From: an uncultured delta proteobacterium
GTDB lineage: Bacteria > Myxococcota_A > Polyangia > Polyangiales > Polyangiaceae
NCBI GenBank assembly: GCA_963850305.1
Contig: CAWKKR010000008.1
Span: 1-64,000 of the forward strand
Direction: 5' to 3'
Length of the DNA stretch: 64,000 bases
In this document: positions 61,064-64,000 of the stretch, piece by piece
How positions within the stretch are numbered: position 1 is the stretch's first letter
Layout: every line of letters starts with the position of its first letter
The notes under the pieces: generated by a model
What the model was told of the DNA's origin: nothing
The model's input: the letters and a program-made list of their open reading frames with translations, nothing else
The model's database searches: none
Position numbers and translations under genes: made by a program

Positions 61064-62083
61064 TCAAGTTCGCCGCAACCCTTCTCCCCGCTGCGCCACC
61101 GGCGCCTCTTCTTCCCTTTCTTCTTCTTCCTCGTTGCCCCCCGTCTCCGTCTCCGGCGGCCCGAAATCCGGCGCTCTCACGTCCGTGTACGCACCCAGCA
61201 CCGCGGCCACTTCCCGCAACCCGGGTCGTCCGGCAACGTCGCGAATCAACATCCGATCCACGACGCTCGCGACGTCATCCGGCACCCACGGCGCGACGAC
61301 GCCGAGCGGCGTGATCGCGCCGCCGAGGAGCGCGTCGATCACTGCCTCGACGGTGTCACCCTCGATGGGCAGCACTCCGGAGAGGCATTCGTAGAGGATG
61401 GTGCCGAGCGCCCAGACGTCGGCAGGGGGATCGACAGGTTGCCCGGACATGGCTTGCTCGGGCGCCATGTAGCGCGGGGTTCCGACGCGCACGCCGGGCC
61501 TGGTGAGCGTGGTCGAGACGAGCCAGTTTCGCCCCCGGAGCTTCGCGACGCCGAAGTCGAGCACCTTCGGCGACTCCCCGCGGTCGCCGTGCACGATGAA
61601 GATGTTCTCCGGTTTCAGATCCCGATGCACGACGCCGCGCGCGTGCGCCGTGCCCACCGCGGAGACGACGGGCACGAGCAGCGCCGCGGCGTCGGGCGCC
61701 GCAAGACGGCCGGCGCGCTCGAGTCGAGCGGCCAAGGTTTCTCCCGAGAGCAGCGGCATGATGATGATCGGCACGATCCGCTCGAGATCGCCGGGAGCCG
61801 GGGCGCTCATCTCGATGAGCTCCGACGCGCGGAGGGCGTTCGGGTGATCGACGGCATTCGCCGCGCGCACTTCGCGCAGCACGCGGCGGCGGGCGCGCGC
61901 ATCACCGTGGAGGGCATGCCTCGAGATCTTCACGGCGACGAGCTCGTCACCGTCCAGCCGTGTCGCGGCCCACACGACGCTCATGCCGCCCTCGCCGACG
62001 ACGCGCTCGAGGCGGAAGCGCCCGTCGATGACGTCGCCCGGACGGCCTTCGCCTCGCTCCCCTGCTCGCTCGAGGTCGTTCAT
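61064..62083 (-). CDS. Ser/Thr protein kinase (cytoplasmic)
   Basis: GEGGMSVV, VAVK, HRDLKPEN, DFG, GTPRYMAPEQ, DVWALG. Confidence 0.95.
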   Translation of the reverse strand: MNDLERAGERGEGRPGDVIDGRFRLERVVGEGGMSVVWAATRLDGDELVAVKISRHALHGDARARRRVLREVRAANAVDHPNALRASELIEMSAPAPGDLERIVPIIIMPLLSGETLAARLERAGRLAAPDAAALLVPVVSAVGTAHARGVVHRDLKPENIFIVHGDRGESPKVLDFGVAKLRGRNWLVSTTLTRPGVRVGTPRYMAPEQAMSGQPVDPPADVWALGTILYECLSGVLPIEGDTVEAVIDALLGGAITPLGVVAPWVPDDVASVVDRMLIRDVAGRPGLREVAAVLGAYTDVRAPDFGPPETETGGNEEEEEREEEAPVAQRGEGLRRT

Positions 62084-62176
62084 TCGTACCTGAGCGAGCT
62101 GTAGCCGGGGGGCGCAGCGGATTGAAGTGCCCGGGAACCTGGCGGACCGCTGCCGACGGGTCGACTTCGGCGCGAT

Positions 62177-63694
<1,518 letters not shown>

Positions 63695-63860
63695 CTAGAC
63701 TGCCGCGCATCTTCGCGAAGCGGGCTCCGCGACGCAACCTCCGAGCGCGACTACCGCGAGACCCGTCGCGAGCATGCGAGGAGCGGCGTGCATGGTCGTC
63801 TCCCTCAGAACGTGCCGGCGCGGGCGAGGAGCCCGGGCGCCGCGTCCCTGCTGTTGGCCG

Positions 63861-63930
63861 CTCCCCGAACCCGTGCAAAACCTGCAAATTCGGCCCGAAG
63901 GCGCTCGGTCGAGTTTCGGCACCATACGGG
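63861..63930 (+). repeat. Dispersed ~70 bp repeat copy
   Basis: ccgaacccgtgcaaaacctgcaaattcggcccgaaggcgctcggtcgagtttcggcaccatacggg. Confidence 0.85.
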
Positions 63931-64000
63931 CTCTGGCGGTGTGACCAGCGCATCGGGCAACGGCGGCGGGGACACATCGAGTGTCGGAGGTGCGTCGGCC

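Overview
High-GC DNA, most likely from a myxobacterium (Polyangiaceae-like), judging by MYXO-CTERM surface proteins, TPR-PEGA proteins, Uma2 nucleases and Hanks-type kinases. Many genes carry single-base frameshifts (long-read error and/or decay). There are three zones. (1) 1-26.6 kb is a decayed conflict/defence island. It holds an RHS toxin-tip/immunity array with short Pro/Cys-rich tips, two copies plus remnants of a TGT...ACA IS481-like element, an AbiTii-like/nuclease-like/helical three-gene operon, and a SWIM-SNF2 helicase coupled to a SEC-C protein. It also has an XRE regulator, a degraded tyrosine recombinase, a fragmented helicase + HEPN locus, a ParDE-type TA pair and the tail of a large serine recombinase. 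(2) 26.7-39.9 kb encodes a cytochrome P460-like lipoprotein, a GH114 hydrolase and a five-gene biosynthetic cassette (NTP transferase-PLP enzyme fusion, methyltransferase, ABC exporter, HAD, ATP-grasp/TagF-like fusion). The cassette is bracketed by inverted copies of a dispersed ~65-70 bp structured repeat and followed by a mosaic of gene fragments and a palindromic 21-bp minisatellite. (3) 40-64 kb is a long minus-strand cluster of FG-GAP and Cys-rich MYXO-CTERM surface proteins ending in two GT-C-like membrane glycosyltransferases (DUF2723/TMEM260-like and TMTC-like), followed by two LuxR regulators, a VapBC pair and two Ser/Thr kinases. No rRNA, tRNA or CRISPR array was recognised. All family calls come from motif reading by eye, not database searches.
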